Of a stretch of DNA of 64,000 nt, positions 40,577-52,339 are shown one piece after another. Source of the DNA: Octopus vulgaris (lineage: Eukaryota); the NCBI GenBank assembly GCA_951406725.2, contig OX597835.1, positions 20,584,001-20,648,000 on the forward strand, written 5' to 3'. The notes under the pieces are model-generated. The model saw nothing but the letters and a program-made list of their open reading frames with translations. It did not search any database and was not told the origin of the DNA. Each line of letters begins with the position of its first letter. Within the stretch, counting starts at the first letter, position 1. The position numbers and the translations under genes were made by a program.

Positions 40577-40879
40577 AGGAAAGAAAAAGAAAAACGATGA
40601 TAAAAATACAAACTATCGCCCGAACAACATCAAATGGTACTGGCATGAAACTAGCACTTCAGTAAATGAAAATCAGCTTGGATAGTATTTGAACTGAAAA
40701 CGCAGGAGAAAACCAAATAATTCAGTCCATCGTGTGCTGAAGCCAGGCGCAAAATATACTTTTCCACTAAGACCAAAGACACGCAAATACCAGACATAGT
40801 TATCAAGTACTTATATACCTATATATATTATGGATAGGCATAAATACGAAACGGAAATTAAAGGCCGTAGCTGTAGGAA

Positions 40880-41500
40880 AAAAATGAGATTTCTTGCTTC
40901 GTGAGTAAAACAAATATCTTTAAATAGAAATTAATCTGACTGTGTCAAATGGACTTTTTTTCTGTATAGCGGGTATTTAATTTTGAAAGGAAATATAAAA
41001 AATATAGGTTTTTTAACCATTAATGTATGGCGATGCAATTTCAATAATTGACCAGGCTATTTTGAAATATCGATATTTTTGTCCTTCACACTCCAGACAT
41101 ATTTGGATAATGACATCGAATGACGTATTTCTGGATATGTGCTTTTTATGTCTATTTTAAAATATAATTCCGGGAAAGTGTTATAGTTTGTTTTCATTAT
41201 AATATCCACAAGATAAATATCACATCGAAAACCCATTGCATTAGCCATTAAGGAGCATTGTGAAGTATTATTTCATTTACAATGAGACGGGGAGGTTTTA
41301 TGTATGTGCTCTGATAAGGTTTCTTCTGTCCATTCAAACTATAACGCTAGCTGACATTTACAATGTATTTGCGGAGCATCGTAACGGTACGTGAATATGG
41401 CCTCCAAGGAAATATATTTCGATTAATTATGAAGCCAAATATATTTCCAACGTTGAAGATGCCATTCAATTTAAAAGAATGGATAAACTATATAATATTA
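40880..41500 (-). pseudogene. Penelope-like element ORF remnant (Cys linker and GIY-YIG C-terminus)
   Basis: The minus strand gives a remnant of C..(QCSL)NG.C, then RHSMSLSKYVWSVKDKNID / KIAWSIIEIASPYING, matching Penelope T.LSKY.W.LK...WSI....PY. Confidence 0.7.
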
Positions 41501-41764
41501 TCTTCATATACTTGCCTGTAGGTGTGTAGTTTTGAGTTTGTAGATAGAATGTGTCCTTTAAACCGCTACAATGCGATTTATCATCGAGTTAATATGAAAG
41601 AAAGTATATGTTCGTCAAAAGATATATTAGAAACCCTACAAACTTTAAAGGATACCCCAAGATCTTCGGGTTGTCGTGGAGGTGGTGTGGGTGTAGATGG
41701 TTGTGCTTTTTTAAGGCCAGCTTTTTGTACAGGATCAATGTTTTAATAATTAAAGTTGAAAAAT

Positions 41765-41910
41765 CCGGATCTGGCAGAATCTTTAGAAGGCCGGGCAAAA
41801 TACTTAATGGCATCTCGTCCGTCTCTATGTTCCGCATTCAAATTCCGCCGAAGTCGACTTTGCCTCTCTTTCTTTCGAGGTCGATAAAGTAAGTACCAGC
41901 TTCGATGTTG
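41765..41910 (+). mobile_element. SINE family C, diverged
   Basis: Contains TTCAAATTCCGCCGAAGTCGACTTTGCC...GTCGATAAAGTAAGTACCAG. Confidence 0.7.
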
Positions 41911-42813
41911 CTGACCTTATTCAAACATTTGAAACCAGTATTTAAAACTGTTATTATATGTAAAAGTAAAACAAATGTTATATAAGATAATAATAGTAGA
42001 GTATTAGATGGCATAAAACAAGCATGAGCTTCTTGGGTGTGTCCCAATTTGAGCAGTGTATATTCAGGCGGAGAAGATTTAAGTGTATTCAACGTATGTT
42101 AGAACCAACATCGTACACAGGAGCTGGAGTGATTTTCAAGACCCTACATTCAAAAAGAAAGTTTGTCTTATATACCGTCAGATAATTTTAATGAAATTTT
42201 CCGATGGTCTTTTTCCCCTGAGGATTTCAAATTTTGGCACAAAAGCAGTAATGCCGGAAAAAGAACTAAGTCGACAGCATCGACGCCAGTGATCAACTGG
42301 TACATTTTTTATCGACATCTCTAAGTCCATCTAGCATCCATTTGTCCCCTACTTTCATTCAACGAATTCCTCTTCCCTTGCCTCCGTGCCTGCATCTATA
42401 TCTGGAACCCATCCCTATTGTTTCATTAGTCGCTCATCACTTGTCTCCTCGCACCTACGTCCTTTCTCAGTAGCCCGCCACTTTTCCCGTCCCACCTCAC
42501 TCCCTACTTCTTTCGTTGCTCTATCTGCTATCTCCTTATAGCTTCTACCAGCCCTGATTAATAAACATCTGTCTCTCAACACACACAGCAACAGTGGTAT
42601 ATTCCTTCACAATACTAGCCACACCATCACCTCTATTTCTCTCTCTGTTCAATTCTTTACCCACAATGCTCTGCTTCTCCTACTTCTCAAACTCACACTT
42701 CTTCAAAAACCCCACCCTCCACTGAACTGACTACACCTTTTTTTCACCAAAGCCAGAAAATTTTCAGCGTCCCCTATATATATATATATATATATATCAA
42801 AGAAAACAAAAAA

Positions 42814-42906
42814 TGGTGCCTTGGGCAAGTGTCTTCTACTACAACCTCGGCCTGACCAAAGCCTTGTATGTAGATTTGGGAGACGGAAACTAAAAGAAGC
42901 CTGTTG

Positions 42907-42958
<52 letters not shown>

Positions 42959-43152
42959 TGTGTGTGTATGTTTGTGTGTCTGTATTTTCCTCCCACCATC
43001 CCTTGTCAACCGATATTGGTGTGTTTACGTTCCCACAACGTAGCGTTTCGGCAACAAAGACTATAGAATAAGTACTAGTCTTACAAATAGGTTCTGGAGT
43101 CGATTAGCATGGCTGCAGTCCAATAGCTGGAACAAAGCAAATACTAAAAGAA
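42814..43152 (+). mobile_element. SINE family B, 5'-truncated and diverged
   Basis: Colinear with the other B copies. Confidence 0.8.
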
Positions 43153-43808
43153 TATATGCATGTATGTATGTATGTATGTATGTATTGCTTCTACGTACCA
43201 AAATCATTGCACAAGTTATTGATAAGGACCAGACCATATTTCAAGACTTTAGTAAAGGTGACTTGCGTTGGAGCCGAAACTAGTATAACTTATTCACACA
43301 ACTATAACTGTCACTTTATTGTAACAATAAGCAGAAAGATGAAACAGTTTATTCGATGTCTCTGGGATTGGAATTCGTAAATACGTGTAGTGAAAGACAG
43401 GATATTAAAAGAAGTCTTTCTTAGGGAATTAACCGGTTTGACGTTAGTATGTAGTTGAAAGAAGCCCGTGGGCGTCTTCGTTATTCATGCTCATATGCAC
43501 ATAACAACGCCATTTATCAGACAAAAGATTTAGTATCTGATCTTGCAGATGTAATGCAAGGACGTTGATTAATTAGTAAGGGAGGTTTATGTTATCGAGG
43601 AACCTTATTAGGGATTCCCATAGAATTGCTTAGAGGATTATATACCATTCCATAATTAGGTGAAAGAATACACAATAATATTCGCATGTAATGCATCTCG
43701 CAAAGCTCTCTTAATTATCTCTAATAAGACCAGATAAAATATCATAACTTCAGATTAAGATTTTTCCTATATTTTCATATATGTACAAACGTGTGTATAC
43801 ATAAATAT

Positions 43809-43901
<93 letters not shown>

Positions 43902-43924
43902 TTGTATGCATATATATATATGTA

Positions 43925-43973
<49 letters not shown>

Positions 43974-44037
43974 ACAAATATATACATTTATATATCATAT
44001 ATATGTATCTATATATATATATATATATGATTTATAT

Positions 44038-44086
<49 letters not shown>

Positions 44087-44516
44087 ATGCCTGTAGGTAT
44101 TTATAAGAGATTAGCGAGCCGTTGTTTCGTCAGAGAAGATAAACAGGCTCATTTACGTGATCCGAGTCGCATACCGTTTGCTGGTTGATCACGTTATTGA
44201 TTATGCGACAGAGTTCTTACTAATCATTATTCACAACAGAATTGGCCTGTTACTTAGCGTAGTGAAACAGGTGAAGTTCCATAGAAATAAGTTCCGTACA
44301 CTAACACGCAACAAATCAATGTACTTCATCCAGTTTCCACATTTACGAAGATGTAATAAACTCCCCACCGATATCCAATAACTTTATGCACCTACAGTTT
44401 ATATATATATATATATATAATTATAAATGAGGGTGAAAAATCGATATTAATTTAATAATACCGTCAATTTAACACCAAGTGGCTTAGCACAAAAAACTAC
44501 GGAGAAAATACAAATT

Positions 44517-44833
44517 TATACATAAATTATTAGAGAGTTATCCACTATGTGGATAACTCTAGTGCTAAAAATAGCTCGAAGCAACCACAGAAAAACCGTT
44601 TCCAACTAGAATCAACACACATTCAACTGAAGGAAAGTGAAATACAACGAATAAAATAGATTGACTCTATACAATTGTATAGAGTCAATCTATTTTATTC
44701 GTTGTATTTCACTTTCCTTCAGTTGAATGTGTGTTGATTCTAGTTGGAAACGGTTTTTCTGTGGTTGCTTCGGAGCTATTTTTAGCACTAGAGTTATCCA
44801 CATAGTGGATAACTCTCTAATAATTTATGTATA
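44517..44833. repeat. 317-bp near-perfect palindrome with no spacer
   Basis: Centre TATACAATTGTATA (axis 44674/44675); the arms differ by one base indel. Confidence 0.95.
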
Positions 44834-44890
44834 TATATATATATAATTTAGATTCGGATGAATATGGCACTTAAGCTGAGGCACCAGAAA

Positions 44891-45986
44891 TTAGTACAGT
44901 ATTATTAGTATTATTAGTACAGTATTATTAGTATTATTAGTACAGTATTATTAGTATTATTAGTACAGTATTATTAGTATTATTAGTACAGTATTATTAG
45001 TACAGTATTATTAGTATTATTAGTACAGTATTATTAGTATTATTAGTACAGTATTATTAGTATTATTAGTACAGTATTATTAGTACAGTATTATTAGTAC
45101 AGTATTATTAGTATTATTAGTACAGTATTATTAGTACAGTATTATTAGTATTATTAGTACAGTATTATTAGTACAGTATTATTAGTACAGTTATTAGTAC
45201 AGTATTATTAGTATTATTAGTACAGTATTATTAGTATTATTAGTACAGTATTATTAGTACAGTATTATTAGTATTATTAGTACAGTATTATTAGTACAGT
45301 ATTATTAGTATTATTAGTACAGTATTATTAGTATTATTAGTACAGTATTATTAGTATTATTAGTACAGTATTATTAGTACAGTATTATTAGTATTATTAG
45401 TACAGTATTATTAGTACAGTATTATTAGTACAGTATTATTAGTATTATTAGTACAGTATTATTAGTACAGTATTATTAGTACAGTATTATTAGTACAGTA
45501 TTATTAGTATTATTAGTACAGTATTATTAGTACAGTATTATTAGTACAGTATTATTAGTATTATTAGTACAGTATTATTAGTACAGTATTATTAGTACAG
45601 TATTATTAGTATTATTAGTACAGTATTATTAGTACAGTATTATTAGTACAGTATTATTAGTATTATTAGTACAGTATTATTAGTACAGTATTATTAGTAC
45701 AGTATTATTAGTATTATTAGTACAGTATTATTAGTACAGTATTATTAGTACAGTATTATTAGTATTATTAGTACAGTATTATTAGTACAGTATTATTAGT
45801 ACAGTATTATTAGTATTATTAGTACAGTATTATTAGTACAGTATTATTAGTACAGTATTATTAGTATTATTAGTACAGTATTATTAGTACAGTATTATTA
45901 GTACAGTATTATTAGTATTATTAGTACAGTATTATTAGTACAGTATTATTAGTATTATTAGTACAGTATTATTAGTACAGTATTAT
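44891..45986. repeat. 1.1-kb minisatellite of 14-mer TAGTACAGTATTAT and 9-mer TAGTATTAT units
   Basis: Seen directly. Confidence 0.97.
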
Positions 45987-46043
45987 CCATAAAATTTCTA
46001 AATAAGGTGATTAAAATCAAAATAAGCAACAAAGATAACTTGT

Positions 46044-46248
46044 TGCTAAGCGAGCAGGCCAACAGAAGAAAGAGTGAGAGAAAGTTGCGGCGAAAGAGTA
46101 CAGCAGGAATCGCCACCACCCCCTGCTGGAGCCTCGTGGAGCTTTAGGTGTTTTCGCTCAATAAACACTAACAACGCCCGGTCTGGGAATCGAAACTGCG
46201 ATCCTACGACCGCGAGTCCGCTGTCCTAAGCACTGGGCCATTGCGCCT

Positions 46249-46251
<3 letters not shown>
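46044..46251 (-). mobile_element. SINE family A, 3'-truncated (left arm of an inverted pair)
   Basis: The head of family A lies on the minus strand. Confidence 0.9.
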
Positions 46252-46318
<67 letters not shown>

Positions 46319-46321
<3 letters not shown>

Positions 46322-46630
46322 GAGGTGCAATGGCCCAGTGCTTAGGACAGCGGACTCGCGGTCGTAGGATCGCAGTTTCGATTCCCAGACCGGGCGTTGT
46401 GAGTGTTTATTGAGCGAAAACACCTAAAGCTCCACGATGCCACGGCAGGGGGTGGTGGTGATCCCTGCTGTAATCTTTCGCCACAACTTTCTCTCATTCT
46501 TTCTTCTGTTTGCCTGTTCGCTTAGCCAGCGGGGTGGCGTCATTTGAAGGCTAAAACAATGCGAAGCGCATTGTAACCAGCGATGTGTAGTAACATATGA
46601 TAGCCTGGTCGGTCACGGGGATCACGGTGA
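46319..46630 (+). mobile_element. SINE family A, tail type 1 (right arm of the inverted pair)
   Basis: Full head-to-tail match to family A. Confidence 0.9.
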
Positions 46631-46689
<59 letters not shown>

Positions 46690-46927
46690 CGTGGCTCTCC
46701 GTCGGTTGCGACGACAAGGGTTCCAGTTGATCCGATCAACGGAACAGTGAGCTTGTTAAATTAAGGTGGAAGTGGCTGAGCACTCCACAGACAGGTATAC
46801 CTTTAACGTAGTTCTCGAGGAGATTCAGCGTCACACAGTGTGACAAGGCTAGCCGCTTTGAAATACAGGCACAACAGAAGCAGGCAGAAAGAGAGAGTGG
46901 AAGTTGTGGTGAAAGAGTGCAGCAGGA
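46690..46927 (-). mobile_element. SINE family A tail type 2 fragment, headless
   Basis: GATCCGATCAACGGAACAG...GCTGAGCACTCCACAGAC matches 13487-13730. Confidence 0.8.
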
Positions 46928-47340
46928 GGTGGTCGTGAATGTACAGTATTAATGTACAAATCAAATCTATTTTTTAAAAAATACTTAATTTTAAAGCACA
47001 TTTTCCCATCTTCAGTTGTATATACCATTATTTAAAAAATATATAATAACTATAAAATATATTTACCTTCATCTATCAAAATCAAGTCGTAACTCAATGT
47101 ATTCAGTATATTGAAAAAAAGTATGATAAGGAGAAGAAGCATACCTCTTCATCCACATTGAAAGATGCTTTCAAATCTGTCGCTGGGCCGACAGGGGCAT
47201 ATTATGTATATAAATGTATATATATATGTAAAGACAAAGAGAGGGAGAAAGTGCAGTGAAGCCGAACTCCAGAGAGTTGAATGGCCGTCGTTTTTAAAAT
47301 TAAAATAAAATAAACGGACTTTTCTCTTTGGTACGAAAAT

Positions 47341-47910
47341 GATGTAAGGCGAGCGACATAGATGAATTATATTTTATTAGTTAATAGCAGTATCGCCCGG
47401 TGTTGCTCGGGTTTGTAAGGGAAATAACTATAAAGCATTTTTAGAGAGTTATAGCCAAAAAATAGCAAAAAATGCATTAAAAATGGAAAGAAAATGATGG
47501 TAATTTTTTTTTAAATCGTTGACTCATCGTAGACATTTTTAGAGAGTTACTTCCCTTATATAATAGCGAAAAAAATGCATTAAAATGGAAAAAAATGATG
47601 GTAATTTTTTTTTAAATCTTGGACTTATCGTAGACGCGCGCTAATAGCCAGAAGGGCTCGATATGAATCACGATTATAAGATACCCGGTTTTGGTTAAAC
47701 TGCACCGCAAGATGTGGGAGTAGTTAGGTATCTAAATCGTAGGAGACAGACACACAACCTTACTTTTATATATAAAGATTATGGTCAATTCAAAACTAGT
47801 TTCACGATTAATGTACAAATTAAATGAATCAATTTTTTTATAAAAACTAATTTTGTATTGACCATAATAAATATTAAAATAGACTTCATCTATTTCGCTC
47901 GCCTTACATC
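47341..47910. mobile_element. Foldback/MITE-like element interrupted by a Helitron
   Basis: GATGTAAGGCGAGCGACATAGATGAA at the left pairs with TTCATCTATTTCGCTCGCCTTACATC at the right. The inverted match continues after removing 47384-47778. Confidence 0.75.
47384..47778 (-). mobile_element. Non-autonomous Helitron (family of 5776)
   Basis: Reverse complement of 5776-6171; the 3' CTAG has mutated to CTAT. Confidence 0.88.
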
Positions 47911-47954
47911 CTTGTGTGCACGTGTGTGCTGTGTGTGTATGTATAATGTATTAT

Positions 47955-48263
47955 CACCGTGACCACTGTGACCGACCAGGATATCAGATGTTGCTACACA
48001 TCGCTGGTCACAATGCGCTTCGCATTGTGTTAGCCTTCAAATGACGCCATCCCGCTGGCTAAGCGAGCAGGCCGACAAAAGAAAGAGTGAGAGAAATTTG
48101 TGGCGAAAGAGTACAGCAGGAATCGCCACCACCCCCTGCCGGAGCCTCGTGGAGTTTTAGGTGTTTTCGCTCAATAAACACTCACAACGCTTGGTCTTGG
48201 AATCGAAACCGCGATCCTACGACCGCGAGTCCGCCGCCCTAACCACTAGGCCATTGCGCCTCC
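47955..48263 (-). mobile_element. SINE family A, tail type 1, with 12-bp TSD
   Basis: TSD ATAATGTATTAT at 47943-47954 and 48264-48275. Confidence 0.92.
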
Positions 48264-48289
48264 ATAATGTATTATATTGTATCACATAT

Positions 48290-48500
48290 GTGTGAGTGGC
48301 TCTGTGTTTGTTTTTGCCCCCATCTTCACTTGAGAACCGGCGTTTCTTTGTTTACCTCCGCGTGCCTTTGCAGTTCAGCAAAATAGATCGACAGAATAAG
48401 TATCAGGTTTAAGAAACTTTGGTCAATGTATTCGACTAAAAAACCCTTCATGGCGGTGCCCTAGTATGACTGCTATCCAATACCTGCAACATGTGAAATA
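48290..48500 (+). mobile_element. Old SINE family B 3' half
   Basis: Degenerate GTTCAGCAAAATAGATCGACAGAATAAGTA...GGCGGTGCC. Confidence 0.6.
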
Positions 48501-49634
48501 TAAACGATATGGAAACTCCTTTTTTTTATTATTTGGGGCTTCATTTGTGAAATTGTATTAAATCCTTGTTGTTGAGGCGAGGAGTGTGTTGGTATTGCTA
48601 ATATGATTTTCAGCTAATATTCTCTATGTGACGTTACGTATTTGCTGAATATTATGTTTCTCACATTCTCCACATGCTATACGGTGGCCATTTTGTTTAC
48701 ATTTGTTGGTTTGTTATTATGATCCCCTCCCCCGCCTTTCCCTTCACTTCTAATCTCTTACAAATCTTATTGTTCACAATTGATAATCAACGTATCACCA
48801 TTTATGAAAATAAATTCGTGTATTATTAAATACCAGAAGCATTGAGATTATGCCAAGTTGCAGACACCAAACAAATGTATTTGTTTAGCAAAAACAAAAT
48901 AAGTTATTTGAATTGCAAAGAGAGTAAACAACGGGTTTTGAAACAGCAACAGTCAACAGACTGAGAACTGAAATATTCCTTTGGCCAGGTCAATGAAAAC
49001 ATAATATGCGAATTTACTATTGAAAATATTTTCATTATAACATACTAGTAGAATATTTAGCGACAGCAGACAGAAGACATTGACATAGCAACTTGAAGAA
49101 ACTGGATACGTAAAACATCTAACAAAGGAAACGAGATTGCAACCTCAGCGACAACATGCGAAAATTATATTTAAAAATCAGGACAGATATCATCAACATC
49201 TTTAACTATAGAAATAAATGCTCTCAGAAATTTGATACAACGTTGATCTGACCCAGGAGTTAACCAGGTTAAAACAACTGTCACGTTTCTTTTCAACAAA
49301 CATTAACAAGCAGAAAGGAAGCTCAACTGAACATGTATTAACAGCAAATTGATCCAGTCAATAATAACTAATTAAGCATAAAATACCCAAGGAAAATTAT
49401 ATTACATATAAACTAATGAAGCTGTTTCAGTATACATATAAGTTGAAATATCTGACAACATACGCCCAAATGATTGTATGAGATTAAACTTGACTAGCGG
49501 GAATGAAAAATTCACATTTACCAAAAGTTTACCCGAACGTCCACTCCATATAAAATATTATCCTACCTAAAACAACCCACCAAAACTTTGCCTTTATAGT
49601 CTAAACCTTGGTTGATAATTTACAACTTAAAATG

Positions 49635-50082
49635 ACATAAGGGGGATCAGCCATCTGAATGTGGCTAGGGACAGGGCGGGGTAGTGGGGGTGTTACTGAT
49701 GCATTTAGCCCCAGGCGATCATCAACGTCACCAGAAGGGCTGACACCATCTCGGTGTCCTTGCCAGCCTGCAAAGGGAGATCAGCCTCCCCGAAGATACG
49801 GATACTACACACGGACCGGTACGCATGGCAAGCACCGCTCTTCGTTGAGGGACTTCCTCTACAGGCTGGATATATATGGATTTTCACAGTAACCACAGTC
49901 ACTGATGTAGAAAAACCGTTCGACAACAATAATAAATCTCTGAGCGAGATATAAACAGTAACTGCTCTATAACATAAGGGGGATCAGCCATCTGAATGTG
50001 GCTAGGGACAGGGCGGGGTAGTGGGGGTGTTACTGATGCATTTAGCCCCAGGCGATCATCAACGTCACCAGAAGGGCTGACA
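49635..50082. mobile_element. Unclassified 448-bp element with identical 111-bp terminal direct repeats (TRIM- or retrozyme-like architecture)
   Basis: 49635-49745 is identical to 49972-50082. The element is GC-rich relative to its flanks and has a long internal stem-loop; no clear TSD or PBS is visible. Confidence 0.6.
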
Positions 50083-50645
50083 TCATTTGCTGTTTATTTC
50101 CATATTTGGAGAGTAATTCGTGTCCCTTTAGAAGCAGTATGAGCCAAGGGGAACACAGCATTAACAAAGGATTTAGGAATTGCAACCATTTCAACCCTAC
50201 TTAGTGGTACAATAGCAATTGTTTTATGAGTCAATTGGAGTGTATTAAATAAAATTGCGAAGATGGAAACTATTTAGAAGGCCGCTGGAGGAATTCTGAT
50301 TGGCTGCTTTGTTATGTACAGGAGATCACGCAGATTCTGCGCAAAAATTAGCTTGCAAATACTCATAGCAGTGGAATTCAGCACTGTATACAGACTAATT
50401 CATTTGATTCAGTACATAAATTCTCATCTATGAAATCGAGGCATATCCATTTTTAGGAATGACAATATAGGCAACATGAGGGGTCGTTGGTTCAAATAAG
50501 CAACACTCTCTACTCTCAAAAACATTTTAATACATGTGCATACAAAAAACATTGGTACGTATGTGTATATGTATGTTTGTGCGTGGGGGTGTATACATGT
50601 ATTTGCTTCAATAAATGCATATAAAATGGATAAGATGTAAGCAAT

Positions 50646-51080
50646 CGGCGAGCTGGCAGAAACGTTAGCACGCCGGGCGAAATGCTCAGCGGTATTTTGT
50701 CTACCGTTACGTTCTGAGTTCAAATTCCGCCGAGGTCGACTTTGCCTTTCATCCTTTCGGGGTCGATCAATTAAGTACCAGTTACGCACTGGAGTCGATG
50801 TAATCGACTTAATCCCTTTGTCTGTCCTTGTTTGTCCCCTATATCTTTAGCCCCTTGTGGGCGGGGTCGATAAATTAAGTACCAATTACGCACTGGGGTC
50901 GATGTAATCGACTTAATCTCTTTACCTGTCCTTGTTTGTCCCCTCTATCTTTAGCCCATTGTGGGCGGGGTCGATAAATTAAGTACCAGTTACTCACTGG
51001 GGTCGATGTAATCGACTTAATCCCTTTGTCTGTCCTTGTTTGTCCCCTCTATCTTTCGCCCATTGTGGGCAATAAAAGAA
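50646..51080 (+). mobile_element. SINE family C with a triplicated 104-bp 3' module and 16-bp TSD
   Basis: TSD ATAAGATGTAAGCAAT at 50630-50645 and 51081-51096; modules start at 50759, 50863 and 50967. Confidence 0.92.
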
Positions 51081-51749
51081 ATAAGATGTAAGCAATTGGA
51101 GGATGTAGATGATAATTTACTTGCCAACCTGAACCAGTAGTAACTGGAGGATTGGTTTTCACCATACACAATATTCCGATTTGGAACGAAAGACTGAATA
51201 AACCCATCATGAGATATATACTCCCTGGTGCAAACCACTGTTTCAGTTATTACCACTACTCAAATACATTCAAAGTACTAAACATCAATAGCTGCCGCGT
51301 GTTGTGTCACATATTGTGACTCTTCGATAACCTTGCTAACCAGATTGACTGATAGGAACTCCATTAAAGAGCAACCGACAACAACAACTATAACAACAAT
51401 ATGTTTACAATTTTAATCTCTCCTATTGTACTATATCCCTTCTTTGCTGGTGAACTTCTGAATCTTTGTATTGATCAATGAAATTTACGTTTTTCTTCTC
51501 TACTCTATGTCCGTATACCTTTATGTCTGTTGCTTACTCTCCTCCGCTTAGTTCTCTTCTCTCATTATCTATGAATGTACTAAAACCAGTTGTTGCGAAT
51601 TAGTATTTATAAACATGTTATAACGGTACCGCAGAGAAATCTTGCAAACACAGAATTCACAATTAATAGCAACCACTTCCCTCCCCATACATAAACTAAT
51701 ACGCGCTAACAAATGGCATTTCAAAACTGAAATAGAAATTGAAACGTAT

Positions 51750-52198
51750 ACTCTTTACTCTTTTTACTTGTTTCAATCATTTGACTGTGGCCATGCTGGA
51801 GCACCGTCTTTAGACGAGCAAATCGACCCCAGGACTTATTCTTTGTAATAATTATATCGTTTTTTTTTTTTTGCTGAACCGCTATGTTACGAGAACGTTA
51901 ATACACCAGCATATGAAGGCGGCGAGCTGGCAGAACCGTTAGCACGCCGGGCGAAATGCGTAGACGTATTTCGTCTGCCGTTACGTTCTGAGTTCAAATT
52001 CCGCCGAGGTTGACTTTGCCTTTCATCCTTTCGGGGTCGATAAATTAAGTACCAGTTACGCACTGGGGTCGATGTAATCGACTTAATCCGTTTGTCTGTC
52101 CTTGTTTGTACCCTCTGTGTTTAGCCCCTTGTGGGTGATAAAGAAACAGTTAATACACCAGCATCGGTTGTCAAGCGATGTTGGGGGGACAAACACAA
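51750..52198 (-). mobile_element. SINE family B 3' half, interrupted by a family C SINE
   Basis: The B sequence resumes after the duplicated GTTAATACACCAGCAT. Confidence 0.85.
51913..52148 (+). mobile_element. SINE family C, full length, 16-bp TSD
   Basis: TSD GTTAATACACCAGCAT at 51897-51912 and 52149-52164; head AAGGCGGCGAGCTGGCAGAA with a B-box-like GAGTTCAAATTCC. Confidence 0.93.
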
Positions 52199-52339
52199 AT
52201 GGTAAATTTGATAATCTCTTCGGCCAGGGAAGTTGAAAGTAAAACACACTGGACAGAGATATTGTTGTGATCGCCAGAAGATTCGAATATCGTAAGTTTA
52301 ACGAAAGTGATGTCGATCTTACCCCACTTAATAAACTAC

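Noticed and set aside
48680-49400. Possible decayed L1/Tx1-like 5' UTR and ORF1
   Set aside because: The only evidence is A-rich composition and a GGCCATTTTG motif; no protein motif was recovered.
49635-49745. Hammerhead, HDV-like or twister ribozyme in the 111-bp repeat
   Set aside because: CTGATGC...GACA deviates from CUGANGA...GAAA. Manual fits to HDV (no P1.1 or L3 consensus) and twister (no proper L4 or pseudoknots) failed, so it is left unassigned.
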